Origin: Octopus sinensis
Taxonomy: Eukaryota
Direction of reading: 5' to 3'
Assembly: GCF_006345805.1 (NCBI RefSeq)
Contig: NC_042999.1
Coordinates: 96,596,001-96,660,000 of the forward strand
DNA: 64,000 bases
The notes under the pieces were generated by a model. The model was given only the letters and a program-made list of their open reading frames with translations, made no database searches and was not told the origin of the DNA. Numbering within the stretch: the stretch's first letter is position 1; the number at the start of each line of letters is the position of its first letter. Below, in pieces: positions 1 through 14,088 of the stretch. The position numbers were made by a program, and so were the translations under genes.

Positions 1-538
1 AGAGAAGAGACTTATCTCGGTGTTGAAGGGTGGATTTGAATGCTATTTCGAGCAAGACGATAGATGCGCCTAAACGAACAGTGTTCTCTATGTCGTAGCT
101 TCCAGAAGTAGGGGTTGCAGTTTTACCCCCTTTGACTATTTTGGTCTTGTCGTTGTGGTAATTGTGATAAGTCGATGTTCACGTACTAAATGAATTGAGT
201 CTATTATAACAGCTTCTGCTGGCTAGTTCTGAGTCAAATATTACCAAATTTCGAAGGGTTGAATCTCAGGCCTCACCAACGTCGAGGTATTATTGGGTGT
301 GTCACCGGATGTTACGAGTATATTATGGTGTTTCGTGGTTGCTGTTAAGGTATCTAGTTGAGTTAAAGAATGAAGATATGTTTCTTGGCTGCGGGAAGAA
401 GTAACTGAACAACACCCGCGAACAATAACAGAAGATTTTATTGTAACATATAATTACAAACAGTGAATAATGAGCACCCTTTCAGTAGTTTAATGTTAAA
501 TTGTCTTTATATATAAATTGATATATGTAGAGATATAT

Positions 539-685
539 TGGTTTCAAATTTTGGCACAAGGTCAAGAGGGAGGGGGAAGTGTTCTACTGTTACTCATTTT
601 ATCGACCCTGAAAGGTTAAAGGCGACTTCGGTGGAATTCGAATATCTGACAAAATGCTGCTAAGCATTTTGCCCGGAATGCCAAT
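539..685 (-). mobile_element. Degraded SINE, family A
   Basis: Reverse complement of the family A body (ttttatcgaccctgaaagg...aaaggcgacttcggtggaattcgaa...ctaagcattttgcccgg) plus tail tttcaaattttggcacaagg; compare 46629 and 55486. Confidence 0.7.
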
Positions 686-694
686 ATACAGAAT

Positions 695-698
<4 letters not shown>

Positions 699-758
<60 letters not shown>

Positions 759-760
759 GT
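699..760. repeat. (TG)n microsatellite
   Basis: Direct reading. Confidence 0.95.
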
Positions 761-939
761 ATGCATGTGAAACGAGGTGTTGTTGCTCATATCAGTCCCC
801 AGATCATGTACAGTATTTTACTCTGGGATTGTCACTTTTTTAATCCGAAGTATCGTTTTGCGGCATATTAGTATAAGCTAGCAGATAGCAGAAAGCTTGA
901 AATTTTCCTGCATTAAATGGCAAATCATTTTCTTCGGCC

Positions 940-3900
940 CATTTATATTTGTCGCCTAGGTCTTTCTATAGAAGATTGTCATCGAGAGGTTCCTTGACTG
1001 CTTGTACAACTTTTGTGTCGTCGGCATATCTAGTAAATGAGACTGTCTGTGTAACTCAATGGTTCCCAACCTTTTCAGCCCAGGGACATTTTTTACTAGA
1101 AAATTTTCTAGGGACTACTTCTACTTTTACTTTATGCTGTTCTATCTTCACATTAAAATACTTAATGAAAGGACAAAATAGTCTATTTACACTTTAAATT
1201 TTATTTTAGCAAACAAAAGATAAAATTAAAAATTTATTTTAGTAAACAAAGATAAACACAAGATATCAAAATCATTTTTCATAAAGTCGTTCATTTTTAG
1301 TCCATTCAGCTAGTGACTAGCTTGATATTGGTGTTTCTGACACAATATATAATCACTTTTAATGAACTCATCTAGTCTTAGTCTGATAGTTCCTCTGCTG
1401 CTGACATCTAATTTATTTTTTTTTCTACTTAAAATATCTACAACAGCTGAAAATGCAGATTCCACCATCCATGTGATAGAGAAAGAAAAGTTAATTGCAT
1501 GTATGGCAGTGTTGAGTGCTTCTTCCATGTGTCCTCCAATATTCTTAGCAACCAAATGCTGTCTGTAGATAATGCAATGTATATAAAAAATGTGAAGAAC
1601 AACTGATTTCATTCTAGAAACAAAGTCTTTCACTTTTCCAGTAATGCCTGCAGCTCCATCTGATGCAATGTTGAACAAATAAATCAATGGAATATTTTTA
1701 TCATTAAAATACAGCATTACTTCATTGAATATATCTTTTCCATTAGTAGTTTCAGACAAGCTTTTAATGAATAACATTTCTTCCCTTATATCATCTTCAT
1801 GGATGAATCTGACAGACCAGAAGGACAGCTTGGTTATAAATTGTGCTGTTATCAACCTGGATAGAAAAATTTGTCTTTGGGAGAATTTCCACAATCTTCA
1901 CCTCAACAAAATTAAACATTTCATCCTGTCTTCTTGTAATTGTGTTATTTAAAAGTGGAATGGTACTCAGAGTAGATGCAACATCTTTTCCCAGAACCTC
2001 GTTTGCACAAGCTATCATAGCAGGTTTGATGAGTTTCTCACCATAAATTTGAGGTGCTGCAGCCTTGGCAATAATTTCAGAAACTTGGTTTGAGTGTCTT
2101 AGCTTTTTCAGTATTTATCTTCTTTACCAAGTTCGGTAGTTTGGTTGTATTTTCTTTTTATTTTCAAAATATTCCCTACCTTTACCAACAGATGGTGGAT
2201 ACCTTAATTTCTGGTGCTGTTCCATCTTAACTTTCTCCAAATAATAAATACGTTATTTCTATAAATTAAAAGTATCAAATTTATTATTAAACAATATTAT
2301 ATAGTGATCTATTAAAATATCAAATTTATTATGAAACTGTTGTGATTGTAAAATTTAAACTATGTAATTCTTGATTGTAATATATTATTGATTATATATT
2401 ATACATTATTGGTTCTTATGGAATAATTATTGAATTTGTTTTCTTGATATTAATTTGTCTTCATATAAATTATTATTAATTAACAGTCTCTTTATTATCA
2501 AACAATATTGTGTAGATCTGAAATGGCTTCAATTTTTTTATTGCTACAAATTCTCTGGGGACCACGTTAGGAATCACTGGTGTAACTGATGGCATGTTCA
2601 AAAACGCAACCATGGACAGCAGCGGCCCCGAGACAGTTCTCAGATACACTCCACTCGCTATAACTGTTTCTTTGGAGAGGGCCCCATTGGCTGCCACTGC
2701 CTGGCTTCTGTCGTTTAAGCTTTCCGTCTATACCGAGTCTCCCTAACTTATAACATATCGTTTCATGATCAACATTATTAACGGCTATGACAAAATCGAG
2801 ATATATTACATTTATGTTTGAGCGATTCCTTAGTTGTTTCAACGCGCAGTCATAATGCTGCATAAGCTGTGTAAGGTAGATTCTTCCCGACCGTATACCA
2901 TGCTAAGTGTCAGAGAGCAAATCCTTATCTTCTAGGAATGTGACCAGCTTCCTCTTGACAATACGTTTCATGACTTTGCTGACATGTGAGGTGAGAGAGA
3001 CAGGCCTATAATTTTAGCGTTCTCTCTTTTATGCGTAGAACATATTATGGATTTCCTTAACTTTCTGGAAGAGGAATGCTAGGAATCAATCATGGCTTGT
3101 GGCAGAATTTAAGATCATTTTATGAATGGCCAATATTGCACCAGTTACTTCTATTTCGGTGTAATTAAAAATTGTCGTTTCTTTGTGTAGAATTGTGGTG
3201 CCGAAGACCTCATCAGGCATAGCTATTTGCAAGTGTCCTAAGAGAGTTATGAAAACACCTCTGCTCTCTCCTTTTCATCGGGGTGTTTGAGTTCACTTTC
3301 AATTTCAAGCAATGTTTGTTTGAGATAAGATTCTTCGCTATCCTTTAGTGACCCATTTCGAAGGTTTGAGATCTTTGCTCATCGTCTCATAAGAATCTTC
3401 GTATCCCGAGGAATTATGTTTTTTCTGTTGGTTTGACATTCTCTTTGGAGCAAACATACTGCATGTGTCGTGCATGACTGTCATAAAGTGCTGTAATCTT
3501 ATGTCAACTTGCGTAGAAAGACTGGTAGACCAGCATTTGTTCCGTGACCTCTTTCTCGATACCCTTCATGAAAGTTCGGGCTGGAAAGGCGTAGGATGCT
3601 TCTAGTGGTCTGAATGTCTTCAGTTTTCTGCGAACCATACATTGATAGTTCTATTAACTTATAGTCAGAAACAATAGTTAGTATCACCTTAACATTATTA
3701 ATGAGGGCCGTGTTATTTGTAAAGCAGAGATCCAGAACATTTTTACTCCTTGTTGGTTGGAGCACTACTTGCTCCATAAAGAAATTCATTGTGAGGTCGA
3801 GCAGAGACTCTGCTTGCCTCTGCTCAAGCAGTGATATACCTGGAAGAAGGCGGTCTTCGGGTCACTGGACATTAGGGAGGTTGAAGTCTCCTAGAAATAT

Positions 3901-4400
3901 TTGAAGGCTGTCACCTAAGTTGGTTAATATTGCTTCCGTTTTTTGAGGTCCACTTCGAATGAGTTTCCATGATTTGGAGCATCTGGTGGGCGATATGTAG
4001 TACGTATAACGATTTTGATCTATTTAATGTGTGCCACTAGATTGTCACAAACTGAGTCTGAGTGTGACATCAGGATTACAGGTGAGACATCTCCCCAGAT
4101 TTACATTGCAGCCCCACCATGAGTTCTTTCTCTCCTGTCAATTCGAAATTCAGACTACTTTGGTATGTGTATCACAGCATTTGATATGTCAGCGTTCAGA
4201 TGTTTCTGTCAGTGCCATGTATATTGCTTCATTACATGTAACTAAATCTCTCAAGAACTGAAGTTTTGCATTGGTGGATGTTACGAGTCCTCTGACATTC
4301 AACAGGGATACTGGCGTGGCATATAACATTTCGTTAGTGGCCACTGGTCTGACATTTTCAGAGGCGTCAGAAGTAGCCGCCATGAATATTTTGTTGCTTG
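940..4400 (-). mobile_element. Degenerate CR1/L2-group LINE ORF2 (APE endonuclease + RT), interrupted by a hAT insertion
   Basis: Minus strand: VSLLNVRGL...YMALTET (APE start, ~4330-4200); QPTRSKNVLDLCFTNN (~3760-3715); NVIYLDF...VDH (~2810); ASGVYLRTVSGPLL (degenerate SGVPQGxVLGPLL, ~2660-2620); resumes across the hAT as QTVSFTRYADDTKVV (~1050-1005). Many stops and frameshifts. Confidence 0.85.
1057..2579 (-). mobile_element. hAT DNA transposon, Buster/Charlie type, internally deleted, with transposase pseudogene
   Basis: TIRs caatggttcccaac (1057) and gttaggaatcactg (ends 2579); perfect 8-bp TSD GTGTAACT at 1049-1056 and 2580-2587 (central TA, typical of Buster). ORFs 1797-2018 and 1310-1894 give IPLLNNTITRR, FSIQVD, EEMLF, TTNGKDIF, SDGAAGITGK, HCIIYRQHLVAK (ZBED5/SCAND3-like motifs). 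Confidence 0.95.
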
Positions 4401-6400
4401 CAGTGGTCTTGAGTGGGCCTTGAGTGCTAGTGTATGTTTCTCAGATTCAATGTTTCATGAAGCCAGGAATGACACGGGAGAAATCAGTTCAGGGATGTTA
4501 TAGTAGCGACATAGAAATAGAGAGAGGAGATAATGTATCTCCAGGCCAGTGGCCGGAGCGTACTGGTTGTATGTCAGCCGAGTGGTTTCTCTCTGAATAA
4601 GATGGATGATGTCTCTGTGTAAGCAGAAACATTGTTTCAGAGTCCCAGCTGAGTTTTGTAAATTACTGAAGCACCGAACTGTCCATAATTACTGACTCCT
4701 TGCGATGCGGTTCTAGCTAAATTAAAGATGTGCTTTCGCCAAGGGACATCCTCCAGAGTAGTGAAAATTAACATTTGAAGTGATCGTTAGAGCACTAGTT
4801 CACGCTGCTCATGTTTAAGAGAAATTCGGTACGATGATAAAAAAAGAGAGATAAACTGCTCATAACTAAAGGACTTTCTCTCCCTTTATAACTCACACAC
4901 ACATACATACACATACTGTTTCTTTATGTCTTTGATGTTGAAACGGTTAGGTTTGGTACATCCATATTTGAGTATGATTTCGAGGTCTCTGATCATGGAG
5001 TCTGAGCAAGTTTGAGGTTTGACTAGATTGTGTATGGATGAAGGTTAAGAAAGAACGAATAATGTTATATACGTAAGAGTGGATGACGTTACAATAAGTA
5101 GATCGTTTATATATAAAAGGGAGAAAGAAAGAGATAAAAACGAACACAAGATGATCGGGCGTGGAGAAGCTCACCAAATTCCTCTAAAGCGAGAACTCGC
5201 TGGAGTGTGACATAGAAGAGTAAGTCTCTAGTGAAACCAGCTTTACAGGGACCGTACAGGTAATCATTAAGGAGAAAGAGTAAAGAGGTGAGAGAGCGAG
5301 AGAAGAATTCAAGGTGTTGGGGAATGCAATTAATGGCTCTCTCTCTCTCTCTCCCTCCCTCTCTCTCTATCTATCTATCTATTTATATCTCTCTCTTTCT
5401 CTCTCCCTCTGTCACCATTGAGATATTGGAATGCAACAGCATGATAGCCGGCAGGCTCAAAGATGTTGCACTTCTTGGCAGCGGGTGAAACTATAGCGTG
5501 TTTCCAAATATAAGGGTTTATCCCCCAAAGAGAGACAGAGAAAGCTTGAAGAAATTGGAGAGTTTGGAAATTATTGGGATTAACTTTGGGACGCAATGTT
5601 TGAGCTAATGAAAGGGCCTTGTTCGTTCGAAGGAACAGCTTATACCTCTGCTTTTGGCAGGGAGATGTGCTAAAAAATGAGCCTGATGAAGATACAGTGG
5701 GATAGAGGTGGAGAATTGCCAAGTGTGTGCACTGTGGAATCGGATGCAAAGCAATCGGCTGGGGTGAAGGTTTACTCCAATGAGTGTGCTCACAGAAAAC
5801 TCATTGTTGTGAAGTGGAAGAAAAGAGGTTTCCATGAATTTGGTAGGTATTCTTTGATGAAGAAACCAGAAGGATTGGGTGCAATTTGGGCGTCAAGAGT
5901 TTGATGCGTGTGAGATGCACGGAGGATCATTAGCGGCTCGAGTAGGGGTCTTGCAAGAGTTGAGGTGCTGGATAAACATATTGGGGTTGGATATATTTTT
6001 GAAGGCGTTGCAGTACAGCAGTGAGTAAACCACTTGAGGAATTGAGTTTTTATTGTGTAGAGGTTGTAAAGGTACATACTTAAGAGGCCAAATTTAGTCA
6101 AATATCTGTTTCTGATCGTTTGGGAGTAAAACACATGTGCCATCAAGGGTGGCTGACGTAAAACTGGTAGAAACCCACTGAGTGACAGACTGGATGTGTC
6201 ATAGCGTTCGGAGTTGGAGGACGGTTGCGAAGTATTTAGACTGATCGGCCGACTATAAAGGTTACAGCTATAGTCAGATAAAGATTAGTATAGTATTCCT
6301 CTTGCCACAGTCAACAGAGTGGTTGTACAATTTACCAGCAGAGGAAAGGAATCAATATCATCCCATTCAGGTTGACCTGGGTCTTTGGACAGGTGTCTTC
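4400..6400 (-). mobile_element. Possible degraded ORF1/5' region of the CR1-like LINE
   Basis: Lies upstream of the APE domain with similar composition; Cys/His-bearing fragments (e.g. KWFTHCC); no clear motif. Confidence 0.3.
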
Positions 6401-6627
6401 AACTCCAAATGAGTCAGGTTACCTCTATGAAGTATCTCCATCAACTTGGCTACTGAAATGTTTCAAGCATCAGACAATGTTCGCACAGATAAAACTATAC
6501 ATTATACTATGAGTATAATGAAGTGTGTCACTTTACCTTTGAAGTTACTGTGTATATATAAAACTAGTATTATTTTGTTTTCAACAACACTTATGCATAT
6601 ACATATATAAACATGTTCACCAAAATT

Positions 6628-6634
6628 CATATAT

Positions 6635-6680
<46 letters not shown>

Positions 6681-6746
6681 TGTTGAGTGTGTTTGTACAA
6701 ATACCTATGCGTTTTTCATTCTTCTCCTCTCTCTTTTTCTCACTCT

Positions 6747-6783
<37 letters not shown>

Positions 6784-6812
6784 TGTATGTATGTATGTAT
6801 GTATGTATGTAT
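6628..6812. repeat. (TA)n and (TATG)n microsatellites
   Basis: Direct reading. Confidence 0.95.
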
Positions 6813-7675
6813 GCGTGCGCGCTCAATCAGATATATGTGTGCAGGCTAGTGTATGGATGGTTGCGTTCTCATGTGCGTGTATTCATACATATATCAAGTT
6901 AATTGCAATTTTATATGTAAGTTATGCGAGGAAAAATAATTTCAACCTTCCCGTTTCAACGCTAAATATTCTACCGTTGCCTTGTACGCAAATTTCTTAG
7001 AATCCTACGATGCTCAATACAAACCGAGGGCTGCTTGCCAAGAGCAGTCGAACTAATTAAAGGAATTGGAAAACAAGATGCAACTGAATACAACTTTTAA
7101 ATACAGTTACGCGCAACAAGTAGACAGCACCTAAATTCAATTAGTTCCACTAAATCACCATGAAGTTCACTTTAAATCTAGTTAAAGATTTCAGGTAATT
7201 TATATCGTTCATTTAGTCTAAGCACAGTACGAACATTTTTATCCAGTACTCCATACTTTTGAAACTTTCACTTACCCGTTTAAATTCAAGAGAATCAAAT
7301 CTATACGTTTACGATAATGATCACCTTATAATTTTTCGTACCCTTTGCCCTGTGTTCAGAAGTGAAAAATATTTTGATATTTTCATCTACATAACCTTTC
7401 AATTGGTTTCATTAGCAATCGTAACATCCATTATATTTCTGTATAATATAGCGGAAACTTTTAAAAAATCGAAATAGTACACATAATGTTTGTTAAATAA
7501 CTGAGTCAGTAAGTAGTTATCTAGTGCTGACTTAAGCTAAACATGGCTGTCTTTAATGACAGTTAAACAATCTAACATATCAAATTAGTTATACAAGAAC
7601 CAGTTGTCTGGAATCATTACTATTAGTTAAGAGAAAAAAATTCATTTAAAATCATAAGACTAAGAAAGCGTAACT

Positions 7676-7955
7676 TTGTGATAAGGAGTTTGCTTCCTAA
7701 CCACACGGTTCGAGTTCAGTTCCATTGCGTGGCAACTTGGGCATCTGTGTGCGTGTATGTATGTGTGCGCGTGAGTGTGTGTATGTGTGTGTTTGTATGT
7801 GTGCGTTTGTTTTCGAGTTTGTCGCCCACCAGTATTGGGTTATTTACGTCTCGGTAACTTAGTAGATTGGCAAAAGAGACCAACAGAAAAAGTACCAGAC
7901 TAAACCCTTAAAGGCAGTGCTCTAGCATGACCACAGTCTAATCGAAACGTTGTGT
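7676..7955 (+). mobile_element. SINE, family B (tRNA-like head, internal TG-rich tract), degraded
   Basis: Head tgtgataaggagtttgcttcctaaccacacggttcgagttcagttccattgcgtggcaacttgggca, internal (TG)n, tail ggcaaaagagaccaacag...aaggcagtgctctagcatgaccacagtcta; similar to 45921-46358. Confidence 0.75.
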
Positions 7956-7979
7956 AAATAAAAAACAACGCGGCTTTGA

Positions 7980-9480
7980 ATGTGAAGTTAGAACTAATTA
8001 ATGTCGAGATATGCACATTATTTATACTGTCATGGCATCTTGCTATTAAGAGGACCCATGATCTTAATGACGGAACTGGTTTGTTTAACTTTTTTAGGAC
8101 TTATCTTTGTCACACACAAGAATCTTCTAGTGATCTCATAAATAACATAATTGTTAAATTCTTTTATTGAAATATATCCAGCAATGAGAAAATATCCCTG
8201 TTGAGTATTGTCAACGGATATTGATATTTGGATTCAGTGCTGTAAATCAATGAAACTGTTCTGTGGCATTGTGATCAAGAGGTAAGTTCCCAGGAATACG
8301 ATATTGCAAACCGGATTTCAATATCCTCCTAAAAACATTTTTATTTAATACTCTGATAACTTCTGATAAAAAATACAACACTACCTATTTTATTCCTTCT
8401 AACATATTGTGACTTTGTTCCTTGTTCAAAATTACTAAATTAGATGGAGTCCATAGCCCGATAATCTGAAACATTCGAAAGCAAAATATATTAACTATGA
8501 GTATACATCTATAGCATAGCATCAGTAACGTAATACGACCCGCTGTCTCCGACCTTTCGATTTTTAGAAAAGCAAGTTCATAACCATGCTGAAGCTACAT
8601 ACCAGAATCTACTAGCGCTTCCTTAAAAAGACACATCAGAATACATTATCTTTTCATGCGAAGAAATGCTATCTTGATGTCGTCACCAAAATTCTAGCTG
8701 AAAACACATTATGCTGCGATGAGTCTAACATCCGGATAGACACACTTGAAAAGATGAATGAAATAAGTTTGAACTCCGTTGTATGATTCATGCGGTGAAC
8801 ACTGTCAGTGTTAGCAATGTTTCTACTCTCTTTTATGTTCTTACTACTAAATAACAAACGTTATTTAAAAACACATTCCACTCCAAATCTATCTGTAACG
8901 AGAATGAAAATTATTGGTTGATTCTAAAACTCTTATCACCAAACTTTCATAGAAATCCATTGTCTTAGTTACAACGTCTATTATAATAGTTTAAAATCAA
9001 ACAATGATCGCCATTGTCCGGCACAAATTTATTTAGAGTGGAATGTGATTCTTAAAGATCTTTTGTTGTACATTAGTGAGAACGTAATGAGATAGAGTAT
9101 ATACATTGTGAACACTAAATATATACACCACATGAATCATGTACTATAGAGATCAAACTTGTTTAATTTATCTTTTAAAGTAATGCCTATCCGCTTGTAA
9201 GACTTAGCATAATAAGTGATCGGCTTGAATTTGGTGTCTGCATCAAGCTGGTATTTCTTCCCATGTTTATTGAATAAGTATTGCAGCTTATGAACAATTT
9301 TATTTATGTCCAATATTACTGACAAAATAAACGCAGTTGGTTTTTCTTTAACAGGGTTTATAGTGAATGTTGGTGATATAAAACCCAATTCTCTCAAACA
9401 TAACTGTTTCTTAAAACTCACGCAAGATCATATTTACACAAGTTAAACAAGCCCACAATCCGCAGGGATCTCAAAGTAAT
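7980..9480 (-). mobile_element. Highly degraded Penelope-like element relic
   Basis: Minus strand ~9140-9095 reads HDSCGVYI*CSQC (GIY-YIG-like GVYxIxCxxC), ~8960 MDFYESLVI, ~8325 ILKSGLQYRIP (resembles PLE N-terminal LxKGLxFxP). Confidence 0.4.
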
Positions 9481-9842
9481 TAAAAGGCGTATTTATTTTC
9501 AATTTTGTATGAAGTTCTGATGTATTTTTTTATTAAATGACCTACCAGTTTTATATAAATTGTGACCTCTAACACTGAACTCGTGAACAGTTTTAAACGT
9601 TTAAAAAGGCCGATTACAAAATATTAGTATGAAGTCACATTTCTTTAAATATTTCAAAAGCATTTTATCCCTTGTTATCTTCAACCCATACGGGTGATTT
9701 TTAATTTAGCACTCTTTATATATAATACTAATCTTATCAAAAGTACAAGGAATTCTTGCAAAATAACTTAATCTAGCTAGCTAGCTAGATATTTATCTCG
9801 TGTTTTTTTTTTTATCTGTCTGTTAATTTATATAGATATGTC

Positions 9843-10030
9843 AGGCGCTGACCTGACAGAATCGTTAGCACTATGGGCAAAATACTTCATCTGTCTTAAC
9901 GTTCTACCGAGGTTGAATTTCCCTTTCATCCTTTCGGGATCGATAAAATAAGTACCAGTTGATAATGGGATCGAGGTAATCAACTTAACACTTCTTCCGA
10001 AATTGCTGGCCTTATGCCAAAATCTAAAAT
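9843..10030 (+). mobile_element. SINE, family A, degraded
   Basis: gacagaatcgttagcac...cctttcatcctttcgggatcgataaaataagtaccagtt...aaattgctggccttatgccaaaatct. Confidence 0.8.
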
Positions 10031-11354
10031 CAATATATATGGATATATATTAATTTATATATGGTAATATATGCGTGTGCGTGTAGATGTGTTTTCTCTT
10101 TTTTTAGTATGTGTCTTTGTACGCATCTTTTTGGAAGTTTGTCAAAGGCGGAACAGTATTTCATGGCCTTTAAATACCGCTCAAATCTGGAAAGATTGAT
10201 GCAGTTCATGTTCAGTTTAAACATTTGTAAGTGACGTCTATTTGAAAATACAAGCAGAGAAAGAAACACGGCGTTTTTAACGGAGACTCTACAATGTGAA
10301 ACATTAAGGGCGGTGATCAGGAGATTAGCTAGTCATCTATTCAGAGTAGTAGCACGAGATGAAGAAAATGTACAACAGTTCATATGTGAGCCAGTAGTTT
10401 TGGCATGTTGGTAGGTGAAATTTGTCAATCTACGGATCCCGGATATGTGAGAAATATTCGAATGTAAATCATATTTGAGCTTTGTAATGATCAGGAGTCA
10501 AGTATTTTCTGGCCCTGAAGAAGTTTATTCTTTGGGGTGCCGTTTTAGCAATGTTATATATGTGAGGTTAGAGTTAATTTGAAATTGTAAGGTCTAGCAT
10601 ATGGTGTGAAAGTATCAGTTGTATAATTAAAGAGCAAGCTCCAAAATTATTTCTTTGAAATATGTAGAAACTACTTGTGCTTTTAAGGGAGAGAGAGAGA
10701 GAGAGAAGTGGAGAAAAGAGAGAAAGAGAGACAGACCTAAAGAGAAAGAAAGACGGACAGACAGACAACAAAAGAAGGGAAATAAAGTGAGGGAATGAAC
10801 AGGTTTATTTTGTGATTTGTTGTTTTCGAATTTCGAGTTGTTTAGTCCGAGATCAGCTGTGATCGAGTATAATTAAGGACAATCCAATCGTGTCCACCAA
10901 GTTTTTTTTTCTTATGAGCAGAAAATCCAAAGTCCACATTATCCAGCATGTCCTTTTAAGATGATTATGGATGAGTCGGTTGCACATTCTAGCTGGCTGG
11001 ACGACCATGTATCAGCTCCGTTCTTGACACGCTGTTGACACGGTGTTTTTGGTTCGGTTTCTAATCATGATATGAATGCAAGATTGATGTGAAGTGTTAA
11101 GAATGATTCATATATTCTTCGAAGATTAGGGAGGAATGTAGAGTTGATGCCGCCATCATTGTAGGACTGTATATTGCTAGAAGTGACATTGAGTAGAGCC
11201 TGGAAACGATGATCAAAATTGAAGGTTGATACGGTGTGGGAAAATGGATCGTGGGCATGAAACTAATATTGCATGAGGTAGGGGGGCAAGTTTTATTGTA
11301 GATCTACCTCTACAGAAGAGGTACTGGTACTTATAATTGGACTTGAGGGTGGGC

Positions 11355-11480
11355 TGTATGTATAAGTATGTGTATATGTGGGTAAACATAACACATATGT
11401 GTGTGGCTGTATACATAAATGTATATATGTATATATATACATATATATATATATATGTGTGTGTATGTATGTATGTATGC

Positions 11481-11543
<63 letters not shown>

Positions 11544-11635
11544 TGTGTGTGTGTGTGAGAGAGTGTATATATTTCTGTATTTACCAATACATGTCTATGA
11601 AAATGCATATATCAAACGAGCCTGTTCTAAACGAA

Positions 11636-11672
<37 letters not shown>

Positions 11673-11720
11673 AAGAAAAGTAAGAGTGAGAGAGAGAGAA
11701 AGAGAGAGAGTGCTGTGGAA
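11355..11720. repeat. Compound (TA)n/(TATG)n/(TG)n/(GA)n/(GACA)n microsatellites
   Basis: Direct reading. Confidence 0.9.
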
Positions 11721-11814
11721 GAGAAAAAGACTATGCGAGGGAGTGTGTTACGACTATATATTTCTGTGAGTACATATATACACTCAACTAATAAACACCT
11801 TCAGTACACTACGT

Positions 11815-12251
11815 AATTGCCATCATCGTCAAAATCGTCATTATTATCAGAGACAACGTTATCGTTGCACCACCTCCTCCACTACAATCCGTCTCATCGA
11901 CACCACCACTGCCACCACCAGCATCAGCACCACCATGACCATCACCACTGCAACTACGATATCCATCAGCGTAACCAGTTCTCTACCGCCGCTTCAGCAT
12001 CGCCACTTTCGGAACCTTCACCATCATGACAACCACTATCATCATCATCATCACCACCACCCACAAGAACAACATCCAGCATAATATCACCCTCATTATT
12101 ACCAACGTTAGACCCCGTTGAGAGGGGGTCTCCATGTGTTCACAGGATCTGCTAGAAATAGCAGCAAAACCTTCATGGGAAACACTACAGGTTTTATTTT
12201 TTTTAATGAGATAATGTCACAGTTACACATTTCTTGAACAATAGCAACAAC

Positions 12252-12309
<58 letters not shown>

Positions 12310-12531
12310 TATCTTGATCAGATCTGACTTAGGGTTACACAAGATTATCTCCAGCGCCTTCACCACCACAGTTATCATCATCACCACAATCATCACTACC
12401 CACGCACACAGACGTCTCCTCCTCACTAACATCAGCGTCATACTACAAACAACAATACCACCACAACCACCACTGCCGCCACCATCATCATTATCTTTAC
12501 CATTACAAACATACACACACACACACACACA

Positions 12532-12586
<55 letters not shown>

Positions 12587-13012
12587 AGCATTACCATAAC
12601 AGCGACTAACTGCCACTAATCACCACTATGAACATAAAATTTACCATTTTCTTCGTCTTCCACATCCCCATGCCCTATCCTCCCCCTCATCATCATCATC
12701 TTCATCGACATCATCATCGCCATCATCGTTATCGTTACCGTAGTATCATCGCAGTCATTATAATCATCGTGCTCGTCGTCATCGTAATTATTAGCATCGT
12801 GGTCGTCGTCGTCGTCATCGTCATCGCCATCGTCGTCTTCATCGTCATCCCCCACTAAAACCCATCACAATCACTACCACTACCACCATCACCAGCACCA
12901 CCGAAGCCAAAACCACCATAGCCACTACTACCACCACCACCACAACTACTACCACCTCACCACCACTACCACTACCACTACCACGGCTACCACCTCCTCG
13001 TTGTCGTCGCCG

Positions 13013-13072
<60 letters not shown>

Positions 13073-13105
13073 ACAACAGCATCATTATTATCATCATCAT
13101 CATGC
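11815..13105. repeat. Low-complexity CAT/CAC/CGT trinucleotide region including (AAT)n at ~12254-12306, (CA)n and (CAT)n
   Basis: Direct reading; produces spurious poly-His/Asp/Tyr ORFs. Confidence 0.9.
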
Positions 13106-13443
13106 CTGATGCTGACTGCACCCTCTGAGTTGGGTCTTTGCGAAACAACAGATAAACTGTGCTATAAATAGTCTATGACGTCAAATGCAATTCGTCTCAC
13201 GGATAGAGAGTAAATGTGAGGGTGCGTGTTTGCGTATGCATGTATGTGTGCGCGCGCGCGTTGTGTGTGCACGTATGTTTCTTTGTGTAAAGGTGTAAGT
13301 GTATGTGCATACGTTCGTCTGCATTGATGTATGTATATGTATGTGTCTATCCATGAGGGAATAAATTTGTGTACCTAACTGAATATATGTATACGAATGT
13401 GTTTCACATATATGTGTGTGTGACTGTGTGCGTATATGCTTCT

Positions 13444-13936
<493 letters not shown>

Positions 13937-14055
13937 GCACTGTTCATATACGTGTATGTTGTAACATTCTGCGTACATTGATTGTATAGATTAAGTTGAT
14001 GATGCTTTTGCAGGCAATACTTGTAATATTGTCTTTGTTGTTGCTGCTACTGGTA

Positions 14056-14088
<33 letters not shown>

